Notes under the pieces: model-generated | The model's input: only the letters and a program-made list of their open reading frames with translations | Databases searched by the model: none | What the model was told of the DNA's origin: nothing | Source of the DNA: Minisyncoccia bacterium | GTDB taxonomy: Bacteria; Patescibacteriota; Minisyncoccia; Phycocordibacterales; UBA9973 | Assembly: GCA_041737125.1 (NCBI GenBank) | Contig: JBGSSJ010000011.1 | Location: 33,568 to 97,567, forward strand | Direction of reading: 5' to 3' | DNA length: 64,000 nucleotides | Made by a program: the position numbers and the translations under genes | Shown here: one piece after another, positions 1 to 9,972 of the stretch | Numbering within the stretch: the stretch's first letter is position 1 | How the letters are laid out: each line of letters begins with the position of its first letter

Positions 1-170
1 TTTTTAACACAGAGTGTTATTACACTAAAACCTATAAAGTAGTGATTGATCTGCCATAACTCAATCGATATTCACTGGGTATTATCTTAACTTATTTCTT
101 ACATAGAGTCAAGTAAAGGCATACCTTGGGGGCATGCCTTGTTTTCGAGAAGCTTACTAGAAGGGATTTA

Positions 171-311
171 TTACCAAATATCTGTATTTTTCCCATAATG
201 TGGACGATCCTCTCCCATCATAAAATCATTTAATCCCCTTCTCATTTCCTGGAATTTTTCTTTAATTCCAAGAATAAAACTCCTCAACCGGAGTATTAGA
301 AACTTTTTCAT
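171..311 (-). CDS. Possible small protein (46 aa, MKKFLILRLRSFILGIKEKFQEMRRGLNDFMMGEDRPHYGKNTDIW)
   Basis: Below the ORF-track cutoff; translated by hand. TATAAT lies 9 nt upstream on the minus strand and a hairpin lies downstream at ~116-141. Confidence 0.35.
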   Translation of the reverse strand: MKKFLILRLRSFILGIKEKFQEMRRGLNDFMMGEDRPHYGKNTDIW

Positions 312-352
312 TTGTTTTTATTATACAATAAAAACTTATTTTAGCAAGTGAG

Positions 353-1039
353 TTATTCACTTTTACTATTCTTCCACTCTTCTATCAACTTATGGTTCCC
401 AGATAGTAATACTTTAGGTACTTTATGCTTCTTATTTTTATGCACGAGGATTTCAGGCTTTGTGTATATCTCACTAGTGGACACTCTCTCCTCTTCACGT
501 GAATCAAAGTTACCAAGTACTCCCTTTACTTGTCTTGAAATTGAATCGACAAGTATCATCGCTGGTATCTCACCACCTGTGAGAACATAGTCCCCTATTG
601 ATATCTTCTTTGTCTTTAGTATTTTATCTACACGGGCATCGATACCTTCATACCTGCCACAAATCATAATAATGTCTGTATATTTCTTGGAGAAATTCTT
701 CGCCAGGGTTGTAGTGAACTTCTCTGCTTGAGGAATAAAGTTTATAGTTAGAACTTTTCTATTTTTTCTCTTAGTAATTTTCTTCACTACACTCTCAACC
801 GCTTTTATTATAGGCTCTGCCATAATCACCATTCCTGGGCCTCCACCATAAGGTCGCTCGTCTATCTGCGCTGATATATTACCATCGGGCCAGACTTTCT
901 TGTACTTACCTGTGACGAATTTGCGAGGATTCACAAAAGATACTGCGATCCTCTTATCCTTTATAGCCCTACCCAAAATAGACTCTGAAAGATATGAGTC
1001 GAACATCTCCGGGAACAATGTAACTATGTAGAAATTCAT
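353..1039 (-). CDS. trmD: tRNA (guanine-N1)-methyltransferase TrmD
   Basis: TLFPEMF, PYGGGPGMV, CGRYEGID and SIGDYVLTGGE motifs; near rpsP. Confidence 0.97.
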   Translation of the reverse strand: MNFYIVTLFPEMFDSYLSESILGRAIKDKRIAVSFVNPRKFVTGKYKKVWPDGNISAQIDERPYGGGPGMVIMAEPIIKAVESVVKKITKRKNRKVLTINFIPQAEKFTTTLAKNFSKKYTDIIMICGRYEGIDARVDKILKTKKISIGDYVLTGGEIPAMILVDSISRQVKGVLGNFDSREEERVSTSEIYTKPEILVHKNKKHKVPKVLLSGNHKLIEEWKNSKSE

Positions 1040-1120
1040 ACGGTTAATATATCACAAAGTTATACCTTTGACACTCTTATAAATAAATGCATAATAAAAT
1101 AAACACAAAAAAATTTTATA

Positions 1121-1480
1121 ATGGAAAATTTAAAGAACATAGATATTATTCATCAATACACTGATGATCTATTGCATGATGGAGGTAAAGCCCCTGATGT
1201 TTACAAAAACTCTAGATATGCCAAAGAATTACTACAAAGAGGTAGGAACGTAATATCTGAAGTTGGGAAATACCTTCTAAAAGACATCTTACCTTCTTTG
1301 AAAACAAACAGGTTTGAAAAGATTGAGAAGGAAACAGTAGCACACGGTTGGGTAATTTTGCTTTGCAGTATTAAAGATAGACACAATATTGAGATCGGAC
1401 GTGTTGTATTTGGAGCAAATTTAGAACTGTGGGCGAAATGGGCAGCTGAATACAGCATACCCGAAAATAATAGTAGTTAA
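1121..1480 (+). CDS. Hypothetical protein
   Basis: 119-aa ORF filling the gap between trmD and the KH gene, followed by a hairpin. Confidence 0.6.
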   Translation: MENLKNIDIIHQYTDDLLHDGGKAPDVYKNSRYAKELLQRGRNVISEVGKYLLKDILPSLKTNRFEKIEKETVAHGWVILLCSIKDRHNIEIGRVVFGANLELWAKWAAEYSIPENNSS

Positions 1481-1487
1481 AGAAAAG

Positions 1488-1527
1488 AAAAACCCCGCAC
1501 ATAATGATGGCGGGGCCTTTACTTTTT
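1488..1527. terminator. Imperfect GC hairpin between convergent genes
   Basis: CCCCGC...GCGGGG flanked by A-rich and T-rich runs. Confidence 0.5.
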
Positions 1528-1536
1528 ATAGTGAGA

Positions 1537-1881
1537 TTAAATTCCTTTCAAATCTTCCAATGCTGCATCGACTGACCTGGATGCGTCACTAGCAGACATA
1601 GCAGGTGCACTTTGCATACTTGCCTGGTGTGTACCTCCTTCTGGTTCATTGATCTTCAAGTTCACACGAGCGTTATTCTTCATACCTATTACACGTAGTA
1701 GTGTACGGATAGCTTTCGCAGTGTTACCTTGGCGGCCAATTATCTTACCCATGTCGGCACTATTTACTGTCATGGTAATCAGTACTCCCATTTCATCAAC
1801 TGTACGATCAATTTTTACATCATTTGGGTTATCAACCAACGCTTTAACCACATATTCTAGAAATGCTTTATCATCTGTCAT
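1537..1881 (-). CDS. khpA: KH-domain RNA-binding protein (KhpA/YlqC family)
   Basis: FLEYVVKALVDNP, MGKIIGRQGNTAKAIRTLL (GxxG loop); downstream of rpsP. Start reassigned to MTDDK at 1881. Confidence 0.9.
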   Translation of the reverse strand: MTDDKAFLEYVVKALVDNPNDVKIDRTVDEMGVLITMTVNSADMGKIIGRQGNTAKAIRTLLRVIGMKNNARVNLKINEPEGGTHQASMQSAPAMSASDASRSVDAALEDLKGI

Positions 1882-1980
1882 AAATTCTTTTAGTATTACT
1901 CGTAAATGTACTGCAGTGTATCGACTACAACCTGCAATAGGATTATTATACCATAAGTCCTTTTTTGTATGCAATTATAT

Positions 1981-2016
1981 TAAAATCCCCTCCGACGTAG
2001 GTCGGAGGGGATTTTA
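1981..2016. terminator. Perfect 16-bp-stem hairpin with GTAG loop after rpsP
   Basis: TAAAATCCCCTCCGAC-GTAG-GTCGGAGGGGATTTTA. Confidence 0.7.
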
Positions 2017-2017
2017 A

Positions 2018-2323
2018 TTATGCTTTTTTAAGTTCTTTACGTGCTTTGGTAGGAGATTTCTTGGATAGGACATTCTTCTTCTTACCATCGATAACTTTCT
2101 GATGGACTAGGAAGTTGTGGACAGTAGCAGATGCTTGAGCTCCATTACTCATCCAGTAAGATATACGATCATTCTTAAATAATACTTCCCCACTCTTTAG
2201 ATTATAAGATCCGAGGATTTCTTTGAACTTACCACTCTTAGTTGAGTTTTTAGAATCAGTTAAAACGACACGGAAGCTCGCGTCATTCTTACGACCTATT
2301 CTTTGTAGTCTAATTTTTAACAT
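2018..2323 (-). CDS. rpsP: 30S ribosomal protein S16
   Basis: MLKIRLQRIGRKN...EILGSYN...GAQASATV. Confidence 0.97.
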   Translation of the reverse strand: MLKIRLQRIGRKNDASFRVVLTDSKNSTKSGKFKEILGSYNLKSGEVLFKNDRISYWMSNGAQASATVHNFLVHQKVIDGKKKNVLSKKSPTKARKELKKA

Positions 2324-2385
2324 AGGGCTATACTACCATAAAGTATTATATGAATCAAGCGTCATTTTTATGTTATACTAACAAG

Positions 2386-4365
2386 GTGAAAAATAAACAA
2401 AAAAGGCATGATTCTCACCCTACAAAAAAGGTTGTTGAGAGTAAACATAAAAAGGAAATAAGTAGATATATAGAAGGTATTATACACATATCCCACAAAG
2501 GTATAGGTGTTGTTCGCATACAACATACAGATGACACAGTAGAAGTCGAGCACAACTTCCTACACACAGCTTGTAATGGTGATACTGTCCGAGTACTCCT
2601 CCATCCAAAGAGGAAAGACCTTGACCAGACAGGCGAAGTATCCGAGATACTACGTCGTTCGAAAATTGGCTTCTCTGGAATCCTCGAGAAAGAGCACGAT
2701 ACTTACTTCCTCATACCTAGTGATTTGAAAATGTATTCAGACATAGTCATCCCTTCGGACAGATTAAACGGTGCACAAATTGGACAGAAAGTATTCGTCA
2801 TTATTACTGAGTGGAAAGATGCAAAGAAAGCTCCTATTGGTGAAATAGTGAAGGTCCTAGGTATGCCAATGGAACACAATGCCGAAATGGAAGCTATCGC
2901 TCTTGAGAAAGGATTTGATGCAGTCTTCCCTACTCCTGTTGAGAAAGAAGCACAAAAGATTGCAGAAATAGGAATTACTGAGAAAGATTTAAAAGGTCGC
3001 CGGGACCTGCGCACAACTACGACTTTCACTATAGACCCAGAAGATGCCAAAGATTTCGATGATGCTATATCATTCAAAAAGTTACCTAATGGTCACTATG
3101 AAGTAGGTGTTCACATAGCCGATGTGTCTTACTATGTCAGACCCGATACAGCACTTGATACTGAAGGACGCCGTAGGGGGACATCAGTGTACCTCGTAGA
3201 CCGCACTATCCCTATGCTACCCGAAGAATTATCAAATGGTTTGTGTAGTCTAAATCCAAATGTAGATAGGCTCACATTCTCGGGAATATTTGAGATTGAT
3301 AGTAAAGGTGAAGTATATAGTGAGTGGTACGGCAGGACAGTCATTCACTCTGACAAACGTTTTACTTATGAGAATGCCCAGAAAATACTTGATGATGGAC
3401 ATGGCATATTCTTTGAGGAATTACACACACTCAATAACATAGCGAAAAAGCTTCTAAAGAAACGCTACGATGAAGGGGCTATATCCCTCGAACAAGATGA
3501 AGTGAAATTCAAATTAGACGAGAACGGTGTGCCAATATCCGTCTTTACCAAACAACGCGGTGACACACATAAACTCATCGAAGAGTTCATGCTTCTTGCC
3601 AATAGAAGAGTCGCAGAATATATGTCACCGAAAAAAGGTGGCAAGCAAAGCGTCTTCTTATATCGTATTCACGGATTACCAAACAAAGAGCGAATGCAAG
3701 ATCTTGTGAATTTCTTGCGCAAGCTTGGCTATAATATGAAGCTCAAAGATGGAATAATTCCATCAGAGGAAATAAATGCTCTAGTTGGTAAGCTCGAGCA
3801 CAATCCCCTTCGTGATACAGTGCACAGTGCTATTATCCGCACAATGGCCAAAGCAATTTACTCTACAAAGAATATTGGTCACTATGGTCTAGGCTTTAAA
3901 TTCTATACTCACTTCACTTCCCCAATTCGCCGATATCCAGACATTATAGTGCACAGACTTTTAGAATATTTCATCGAAGGTAAACCTATACCGAAAGAAA
4001 GATTTTTTGAATATGAGAAGATGAGTAGCGAAGCTTCCAGTCGCGAGAAGGAAGCCGCCGAAGCTGAGCGCGCATCCATAAAGTATAAACAAGTAGAATA
4101 CATGTCTACTCGTATAGGATCTAAATACACAGGCGTCATTACCGGAGTTACTGAATGGGGTCTATACATAGAAGAAGAGAAGACCAAATGTGAAGGCATG
4201 GTCCGCATGCGCGACCTATCAGATGATTACTATACCTTTGATAAGAAGTATATGAGCATCCGAGGTAGTAAGACTCACAAGAAGTACACTCTGGGCGACA
4301 AAGTCAAATTTGAAGTTATAGGAGTAGATAGGAATAAGAAAACTATTGATTACAAAATAATATAG
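2386..4365 (+). CDS. rnr: Ribonuclease R (RNB family), lacking the N-terminal HTH
   Basis: TIDPEDAKDFDDA, HFTSPIRRYPD, C-terminal S1 domain. GTG at 2386 preferred because TATACT is 6 nt upstream (ORF track starts at 2350). Confidence 0.93.
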   Translation: MKNKQKRHDSHPTKKVVESKHKKEISRYIEGIIHISHKGIGVVRIQHTDDTVEVEHNFLHTACNGDTVRVLLHPKRKDLDQTGEVSEILRRSKIGFSGILEKEHDTYFLIPSDLKMYSDIVIPSDRLNGAQIGQKVFVIITEWKDAKKAPIGEIVKVLGMPMEHNAEMEAIALEKGFDAVFPTPVEKEAQKIAEIGITEKDLKGRRDLRTTTTFTIDPEDAKDFDDAISFKKLPNGHYEVGVHIADVSYYVRPDTALDTEGRRRGTSVYLVDRTIPMLPEELSNGLCSLNPNVDRLTFSGIFEIDSKGEVYSEWYGRTVIHSDKRFTYENAQKILDDGHGIFFEELHTLNNIAKKLLKKRYDEGAISLEQDEVKFKLDENGVPISVFTKQRGDTHKLIEEFMLLANRRVAEYMSPKKGGKQSVFLYRIHGLPNKERMQDLVNFLRKLGYNMKLKDGIIPSEEINALVGKLEHNPLRDTVHSAIIRTMAKAIYSTKNIGHYGLGFKFYTHFTSPIRRYPDIIVHRLLEYFIEGKPIPKERFFEYEKMSSEASSREKEAAEAERASIKYKQVEYMSTRIGSKYTGVITGVTEWGLYIEEEKTKCEGMVRMRDLSDDYYTFDKKYMSIRGSKTHKKYTLGDKVKFEVIGVDRNKKTIDYKII

Positions 4366-4369
4366 AAAT

Positions 4370-5989
4370 ATGAGTAAATTAAAATACATTGCCCTCTTTA
4401 TCCTTTTAGGTTCTACTGGATTTGCTTTTGGTTATTTTGCATCACAAACTATGACAGATACAAATGTAAAGAATCAAAGAGCTCAAGTTATACAAGAAGA
4501 GGTAAAAATACCTGAGCCTCCAAAAATAACAAAAATATCTTTCGTAGGAGATATGATGTTTGATCGAAGTGTTCGCACATCAGTGAATAAAAACTTCAAA
4601 GGAGATTATAATGAACTCTTTATCCACCTCAAAGAACTTGCAAATTCAGATATATTATTTGGCAACTTAGAGGGCCCAGTATCTGATGTCGGTAACAATG
4701 TCGGTAGTAAATACTCTTTCCGTATGGATCCACTAGTCCCTTCTACACTAGTGAATGCAGGCTTTGACATAGTGTCATTTGCTAACAATCACGTCGGTGA
4801 CTGGAATGTAAAAGCATTTGAAGATACTTTAAAAAGATTAGGTGAAGTAAATTTGAAACAAACAGGAGCCGGTATGAACAAGACGGAAGCTGAACAAGTA
4901 ACAATAATAGAACGCAATGGAGTTAAATTCGGCTTTATCGGATTCTCTGATGTAGGACCGGCATGGATGGAAGCGAAGGAAAACAAGTCTGGTATACTGC
5001 TCGCCAATAATCCAAGATTTAAAGAAATAATAAGTAATGCAAAACAAAATGTAGATGTATTAATTGTATCTTTCCACTGGGGCGATGAATACAAAAAGAT
5101 TCACAATAAAAGACAGGAGACACTAGCACATAGTGCGGTAGATAGTGGCGCAGATATGGTCATCGGCCACCATCCTCATGTCATGCAAGATATAGAAGTA
5201 TACAATGGTGCACCTATTGTCTACTCACTTGGTAACTTTATATTTGATCAATACTTCTCTGTAGATACAATGCAAGGCATGCTATTTGAGGCGACATTCG
5301 AAGACAAAACTTTGAAAGATACAAAAAGTAGAATCATTACTCTCAATAAGAAGTACCAACCAGATGGTATTTATGAAAGTGTTGAAGAAGCCGCTCTCGC
5401 AAACGCTTGCCCGAAACCTACAAAGATATATGAGGATTATTCATACCTCGGTGTCGATCAAGGCGTAGCAATTCCTGACACAACATACACACCGTCTGAT
5501 TTGCGACCAGTAAAGAAAGATATATCTACTGGAAGTTTCTGTTTGAAGAAGGAAGCAGTGACAGCAATAGAAGAAATGTTTGCGGATGCAAAAATGGATG
5601 GCTATATGTTGAAAGTATCCTCTGGCTTTCGTGATTATGGAACACAAGTGACAATACTTAATAATAATCTAAAAAATACTAATCAAAATGTTTCGACTTC
5701 CGTTGCGAAAGCAGGCTACTCCGAGCACCAGCTAGGTACAGCAATTGATATAACTAGCCCCTCAGTGAACAATGCTGGTGCTTCGAAGATATTCGAAGGA
5801 ACGAAAGAGGCAGCGTGGCTTGAAACCAACGCCCATAAATATGGTTTCATCCAAAGCTATCCTAAAGGCAAAGAAGATATCACAGGCTACATATACGAAC
5901 CATGGCATTATAGATATGTAGGTAAAGACCACGCAGAAGCAATCACAAAAAGTGGCGAAACAATAAATCAATATTTAAAAAATCTATAA
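4370..5989 (+). CDS. Membrane-anchored CapA/PgsA-family metallophosphoesterase domain fused to an M15B (VanY-like) D,D-carboxypeptidase domain
   Basis: N-terminal hydrophobic segment; GDMM, GNLE, ANNH, HWG, GHHPH, SLGNF (CapA); SGFR, SEHQLGTAID, YEPWHYRY (M15B). Confidence 0.88.
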   Translation: MSKLKYIALFILLGSTGFAFGYFASQTMTDTNVKNQRAQVIQEEVKIPEPPKITKISFVGDMMFDRSVRTSVNKNFKGDYNELFIHLKELANSDILFGNLEGPVSDVGNNVGSKYSFRMDPLVPSTLVNAGFDIVSFANNHVGDWNVKAFEDTLKRLGEVNLKQTGAGMNKTEAEQVTIIERNGVKFGFIGFSDVGPAWMEAKENKSGILLANNPRFKEIISNAKQNVDVLIVSFHWGDEYKKIHNKRQETLAHSAVDSGADMVIGHHPHVMQDIEVYNGAPIVYSLGNFIFDQYFSVDTMQGMLFEATFEDKTLKDTKSRIITLNKKYQPDGIYESVEEAALANACPKPTKIYEDYSYLGVDQGVAIPDTTYTPSDLRPVKKDISTGSFCLKKEAVTAIEEMFADAKMDGYMLKVSSGFRDYGTQVTILNNNLKNTNQNVSTSVAKAGYSEHQLGTAIDITSPSVNNAGASKIFEGTKEAAWLETNAHKYGFIQSYPKGKEDITGYIYEPWHYRYVGKDHAEAITKSGETINQYLKNL

Positions 5990-5990
5990 T

Positions 5991-6022
5991 AAAAAACCCT
6001 TACTTATAAGTAGGGGTTTTTT
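5991..6022. terminator. Bidirectional intrinsic terminator
   Basis: AAAAAACCCTTACT-TATA-AGTAGGGGTTTTTT between convergent genes. Confidence 0.75.
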
Positions 6023-8297
6023 ATTTAGCGTAAACGCTGGCGTCTTCGAGGTGGATAGATAGAAGCTTCGATACTCCTGCGGAGTCCATAGTCACACCGT
6101 AGAGGACATTCGCACGAGACATTGTCTCCCTATTATGAGTCACAACTATGAGCTGTGAATACTTGGATAGATTCTCAAGCATGTTACCGTACTTTCTGGA
6201 ATTTGCTTCATCGAGTGCTGCATCTGTCTCATCGAGAACAAGGAATGGTGGAGGGTTTACTTGAGATATTGCGAATAAGAGTGCGATAGAAGTAAGGGAC
6301 CTCTCACCACCGGATAGCATATGCAGGTCTTTCACTTTCTTGTGAGGGAGAGCTATGTTTATCTCTATTCCGCGTTCGAATCCGAGCTCTTCTTCCTCGG
6401 CTTCATCACTCTCATCTACGAATTCATCTTCATCCTTTGAAGAGATTCTAGACTTCTTATGTTCCATAACTACAGAGAGGAATGCAGAACCTCCTCCGAA
6501 CATTAGAGCGAAGAATTCTTGGAATTGTTTATTTATCTTCTCTACACCTGTTTTGAATTCTTCATCAAGGGTATCTTTCAGTTCTTGGATTAACAATCGC
6601 AAAGATTCCACACTCTTCGTCAAATCCACAATCTCACGGCCGAGGAATAAGTCGCGCTCTTCTGTATCTTGATACTCTTTGAGCACATCGGCTCCCGAGC
6701 TTGAGCCTATGTCTTCGAGCTTTATCTTTATGCGTTCTATCTTACGACGAAGTTCATCTTGAGTTGCGCGCACTACTTCATAAGTCACTCGCTCACTTGC
6801 ATAGCCTATGACTTCCCTCCCTATCATAGCTCCTGCTTCAGCAAGCTCCATCTCATATGCATTCTTTATGAGTAGTAGCTTCTCTTCTTCGAAGTGCAGT
6901 GAATGCATACTTGAAGTCACTTCATTCTTCTCGCGAAGTGCTTCATATAATACACGCTCACCTTGGCGTAAATTAATCTGCATTTCTTGCTCGCGAATAC
7001 GCAGGTCGGATATCATAGAGAGTATAGACTTCTCGTTCTCTGTTATCTTACTCAGGTCCATATTTATCTTATTACGGACTTCTTTCATCTCTTCATATTC
7101 TTTACTTATCTTGCTGTCTATCTCACTCTCTCTATTATCTACCCCTGAACTATCTTTACCTAGGGAGTTTATAACTTCCCTCATAGCGTGAAGTACTTTA
7201 GTTATGTCATTCTTATCTTCAAGAAGTAGAGCTTGCTCAATTTTATCTTTGATACTTGCCACAGCTTCCCTCCACTCAGACTCTTTAATTACTTTTTCTG
7301 TTGTAGTATTCGCACGCGCACGTTCACGCTCGATGGAATCGATAATCCCTTCTATGCGCCCAAGCTTACGTACTAGCTCATCCTTCATTGAGCGCAAATC
7401 TACAAGCTTGATCTCGTATTCTTTAATCTGTTTTATATGTTCGCTCTCTGTTTGGTCTTTATTATTATCTTTCTGTAATTCTTCTATGTGGGAATCAAGC
7501 GACTTCATCTTCTCTTCTAAGTCATGGCGAAGTGAATGTAGTCTCTTTGTTTCTATGTCTATATATGTAGCCTCACCTGCGAAATATGTCTTATACATAT
7601 CTCGAAGCTCTTCCCTCATATCACGAGCTTTCTCTACGATAGCGACCTGCTTCTTGAGGAATGCTAAGTGTGGCGCTATCTCCCGACGAGAAGCTTGTAC
7701 TTCCTTCATATTCAAAATTGTTTTCTCTAATTTCCTTTCTGATTCACGAATTCGGTACTGATAAATCTTAAGACCTAATGCATCTTCAATCATAGCTCTA
7801 CGGTCTTTATTCGAAGCATTAAGTACTCTATCTGCTTCACCTTGAGAGATAATATGGTGACCAGAGCTACCAATGTTCACAGAGGAAAGTAAATCTATAA
7901 TATCTTTTAACCTTACTTCTGTATTATTGATACTGTACTTATTCGCCCCGTCAGCAAAAACTTCACGAGAAATAGATATCTCATCATAATCAAGTGATAC
8001 TCCAAGTCCGCTATTCGTAAAAGAAAAAATCTTTTTGCTATTATCAAAAGTAATAGTTACACTAGCGCGGTTTGATGATGGAGTATTTTTGGAACCTTTA
8101 AATATTAAATCCACCCCTCCTTTACCACGGAGTGACTTCATAGATTGCTCACCTAATACGAAGCGTATAGATTCAACAATGTTTGATTTACCAGAGCCAT
8201 TAGGCCCCACAACTGCAGTAATAGGAGAGAGGAATGAGACAGAGCTCTTCTTCCCGAATGATTTGAAACCTAGTAGTTCGATAGATTTCAATGTCAT
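6021..8297 (-). CDS. smc: Short SMC-family ATPase
   Basis: LLGFKSF, Walker A GPNGSGKSN, ISQG Q-loop, LSGGE signature, LDETDAALD; coiled-coil centre; next to rnc. Confidence 0.9.
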   Translation of the reverse strand: MTLKSIELLGFKSFGKKSSVSFLSPITAVVGPNGSGKSNIVESIRFVLGEQSMKSLRGKGGVDLIFKGSKNTPSSNRASVTITFDNSKKIFSFTNSGLGVSLDYDEISISREVFADGANKYSINNTEVRLKDIIDLLSSVNIGSSGHHIISQGEADRVLNASNKDRRAMIEDALGLKIYQYRIRESERKLEKTILNMKEVQASRREIAPHLAFLKKQVAIVEKARDMREELRDMYKTYFAGEATYIDIETKRLHSLRHDLEEKMKSLDSHIEELQKDNNKDQTESEHIKQIKEYEIKLVDLRSMKDELVRKLGRIEGIIDSIERERARANTTTEKVIKESEWREAVASIKDKIEQALLLEDKNDITKVLHAMREVINSLGKDSSGVDNRESEIDSKISKEYEEMKEVRNKINMDLSKITENEKSILSMISDLRIREQEMQINLRQGERVLYEALREKNEVTSSMHSLHFEEEKLLLIKNAYEMELAEAGAMIGREVIGYASERVTYEVVRATQDELRRKIERIKIKLEDIGSSSGADVLKEYQDTEERDLFLGREIVDLTKSVESLRLLIQELKDTLDEEFKTGVEKINKQFQEFFALMFGGGSAFLSVVMEHKKSRISSKDEDEFVDESDEAEEEELGFERGIEINIALPHKKVKDLHMLSGGERSLTSIALLFAISQVNPPPFLVLDETDAALDEANSRKYGNMLENLSKYSQLIVVTHNRETMSRANVLYGVTMDSAGVSKLLSIHLEDASVYAK

Positions 8298-8298
8298 A

Positions 8299-8994
8299 TT
8301 AGTCTAGCCAATCTTTAATTTCGAGTGCCGACCTAGCTGCTGCTTGCTCTGCTTCTTGTTTACTTTTGCCTTTACCAGTTGCTACTTGTTCACTTCCGAA
8401 GAATACGCCCACAGTAAAGTGCTTGTCGTGATCAGGACCTACTTCATTTATAACTTTATATACTGGGGTAATGCTCAAATATTCTTGGGACTTCTCTTGG
8501 ACCAAACTTTTCGCATCGCGCCATAGCTTCTGCGCTACTATCATATATATTTTGCCGAATAAAGTTTTCGATATGAACATGCGTGCTTGATCATAGCCTT
8601 GGTCTATGTAAAGTGCACCTACGTATGCTTCATAGGTATTGGCAAGTATATAGCTTCGTGCTCTTCCTGCGTCTTTGGCTTCACCCTTTGAAAGCAATAG
8701 GAAATCATTCATACCTAGCTCTTGAGCAACTTCACCTATGATAACTGCATTCACTAGAGCAGAGCGATAAGCCGTAAGCTCGCCCTCATCTCGATCTGGG
8801 TATTTGTTGTATAAGTAATCAGTCACTATAAGCTCAAGCACTGCGTCACCCAGGAATTCAAGGCGCTCATTATGAGAGAGTTTTGAACCTGTATTTTCAT
8901 TTATATAGGAACGGTGAATAAAAGCTTGCTCAAGAAGCTTCTTATCTTTAAAAGTTATTTTAGTTTTCTCTTCAAATTTGGATAAATCTACCAT
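8299..8994 (-). CDS. rnc: Ribonuclease III
   Basis: HNERLEFLGDAVL signature plus dsRBD (GKSKQEAEQAAA). Confidence 0.98.
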   Translation of the reverse strand: MVDLSKFEEKTKITFKDKKLLEQAFIHRSYINENTGSKLSHNERLEFLGDAVLELIVTDYLYNKYPDRDEGELTAYRSALVNAVIIGEVAQELGMNDFLLLSKGEAKDAGRARSYILANTYEAYVGALYIDQGYDQARMFISKTLFGKIYMIVAQKLWRDAKSLVQEKSQEYLSITPVYKVINEVGPDHDKHFTVGVFFGSEQVATGKGKSKQEAEQAAARSALEIKDWLD

Positions 8995-8995
8995 A

Positions 8996-9898
8996 TTATT
9001 TATTCGTTAATATTTCTATAGCCTTCGTTAAAAGTGGGATCGTGTTATCGTACATTTTAAGATTCGCAATTTCCTCAATTGGGAACCATTTTGTATCATC
9101 TAAACCTCCAGACATATTCTTAAGAACCAAATCTCCATATGGAGCTTCTGCAAGAAAGAATACTACTTGCTTCCGGATTTTACCTTGCTGTGGATGATTA
9201 GCAATATACTCATTGCGACCGAGTTCTTCTTTGATAATTATATCAAGACCCATTTCTTCCTTTATCTCACGGATGGCACCAGCCTTTTCATCTTCACCAT
9301 CTTCAATGCCTCCTTTTGAAAGTGTCCAGTATCCGAATACATCGTGAACGAATGCAAAGTAAATATTGCCTTCGTGAAGAGAATAGACCACAGCGCCTGC
9401 TTTCTTCTCTATTGGGAATTTACTTGGATCCGTTTCGAATTGTTTATTCTTCTTTTTATTTACATCATCTTTGCCTGGCTCACCGAGCTCTTTGTAGACA
9501 CCACCAAGTACGCCATTTATGAATTTACTGGAATTCTCCCCACCGAAACTTTTGGCAAGTTCGATAGCTTCATTGATAGCAACTTTCGGTGGAACTTGAG
9601 TGCGGTCACCAAAAAGTAGCTCATATAAACCGATACGTATAATATTGCGGTCCACAATAGAAATCTTCTCTATCGGCCAGTCTGGAGCTGCTTTCTCTAT
9701 AATCTCATCTATGATTGCCTGCTTCTTTATAACGCCAAGAAAAAGATCACTCATAAAAGATGAGTCATCAAGACCTGGGCCAAATTCCTCTATATTACGA
9801 TCAAGCATTTGCTCTGGACTTGTGTCTGTGCTAACACCAAAATCCCACTCGAAGAGTGTCTGCAGAACAATTGAACGTGAAAGGTGCCTGTTTGCCAT
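8996..9898 (-). CDS. nusB: Transcription antitermination factor NusB fused to a C-terminal Nudix hydrolase
   Basis: RHLSR, DRNIIR, VAINEAIELAK, FINGVLG; then a complete Nudix box GGIEDGEDEKAGAIREIKEEMGL. Confidence 0.93.
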   Translation of the reverse strand: MANRHLSRSIVLQTLFEWDFGVSTDTSPEQMLDRNIEEFGPGLDDSSFMSDLFLGVIKKQAIIDEIIEKAAPDWPIEKISIVDRNIIRIGLYELLFGDRTQVPPKVAINEAIELAKSFGGENSSKFINGVLGGVYKELGEPGKDDVNKKKNKQFETDPSKFPIEKKAGAVVYSLHEGNIYFAFVHDVFGYWTLSKGGIEDGEDEKAGAIREIKEEMGLDIIIKEELGRNEYIANHPQQGKIRKQVVFFLAEAPYGDLVLKNMSGGLDDTKWFPIEEIANLKMYDNTIPLLTKAIEILTNK

Positions 9899-9910
9899 AG
9901 TTTGTGGAGT

Positions 9911-9972
9911 TACTAGGTTCTAGTTTCTAGGGACTAAATATAGCGCCCAAGAACTAACACCTAGAAACTAAC
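9911..9972. repeat. Inverted arrays of degenerate heptamer repeats between rpmF and nusB
   Basis: TACTAGG-TTCTAGT-TTCTAGG-GACTAAA and GAACTAA-CACCTAG-AAACTAA; perfect 11-bp inverted match 9921-9931/9960-9970. Confidence 0.7.

Noticed and set aside
4370-5989. Vancomycin resistance locus
   Set aside because: Only an M15B domain; no vanHAX or vanRS.
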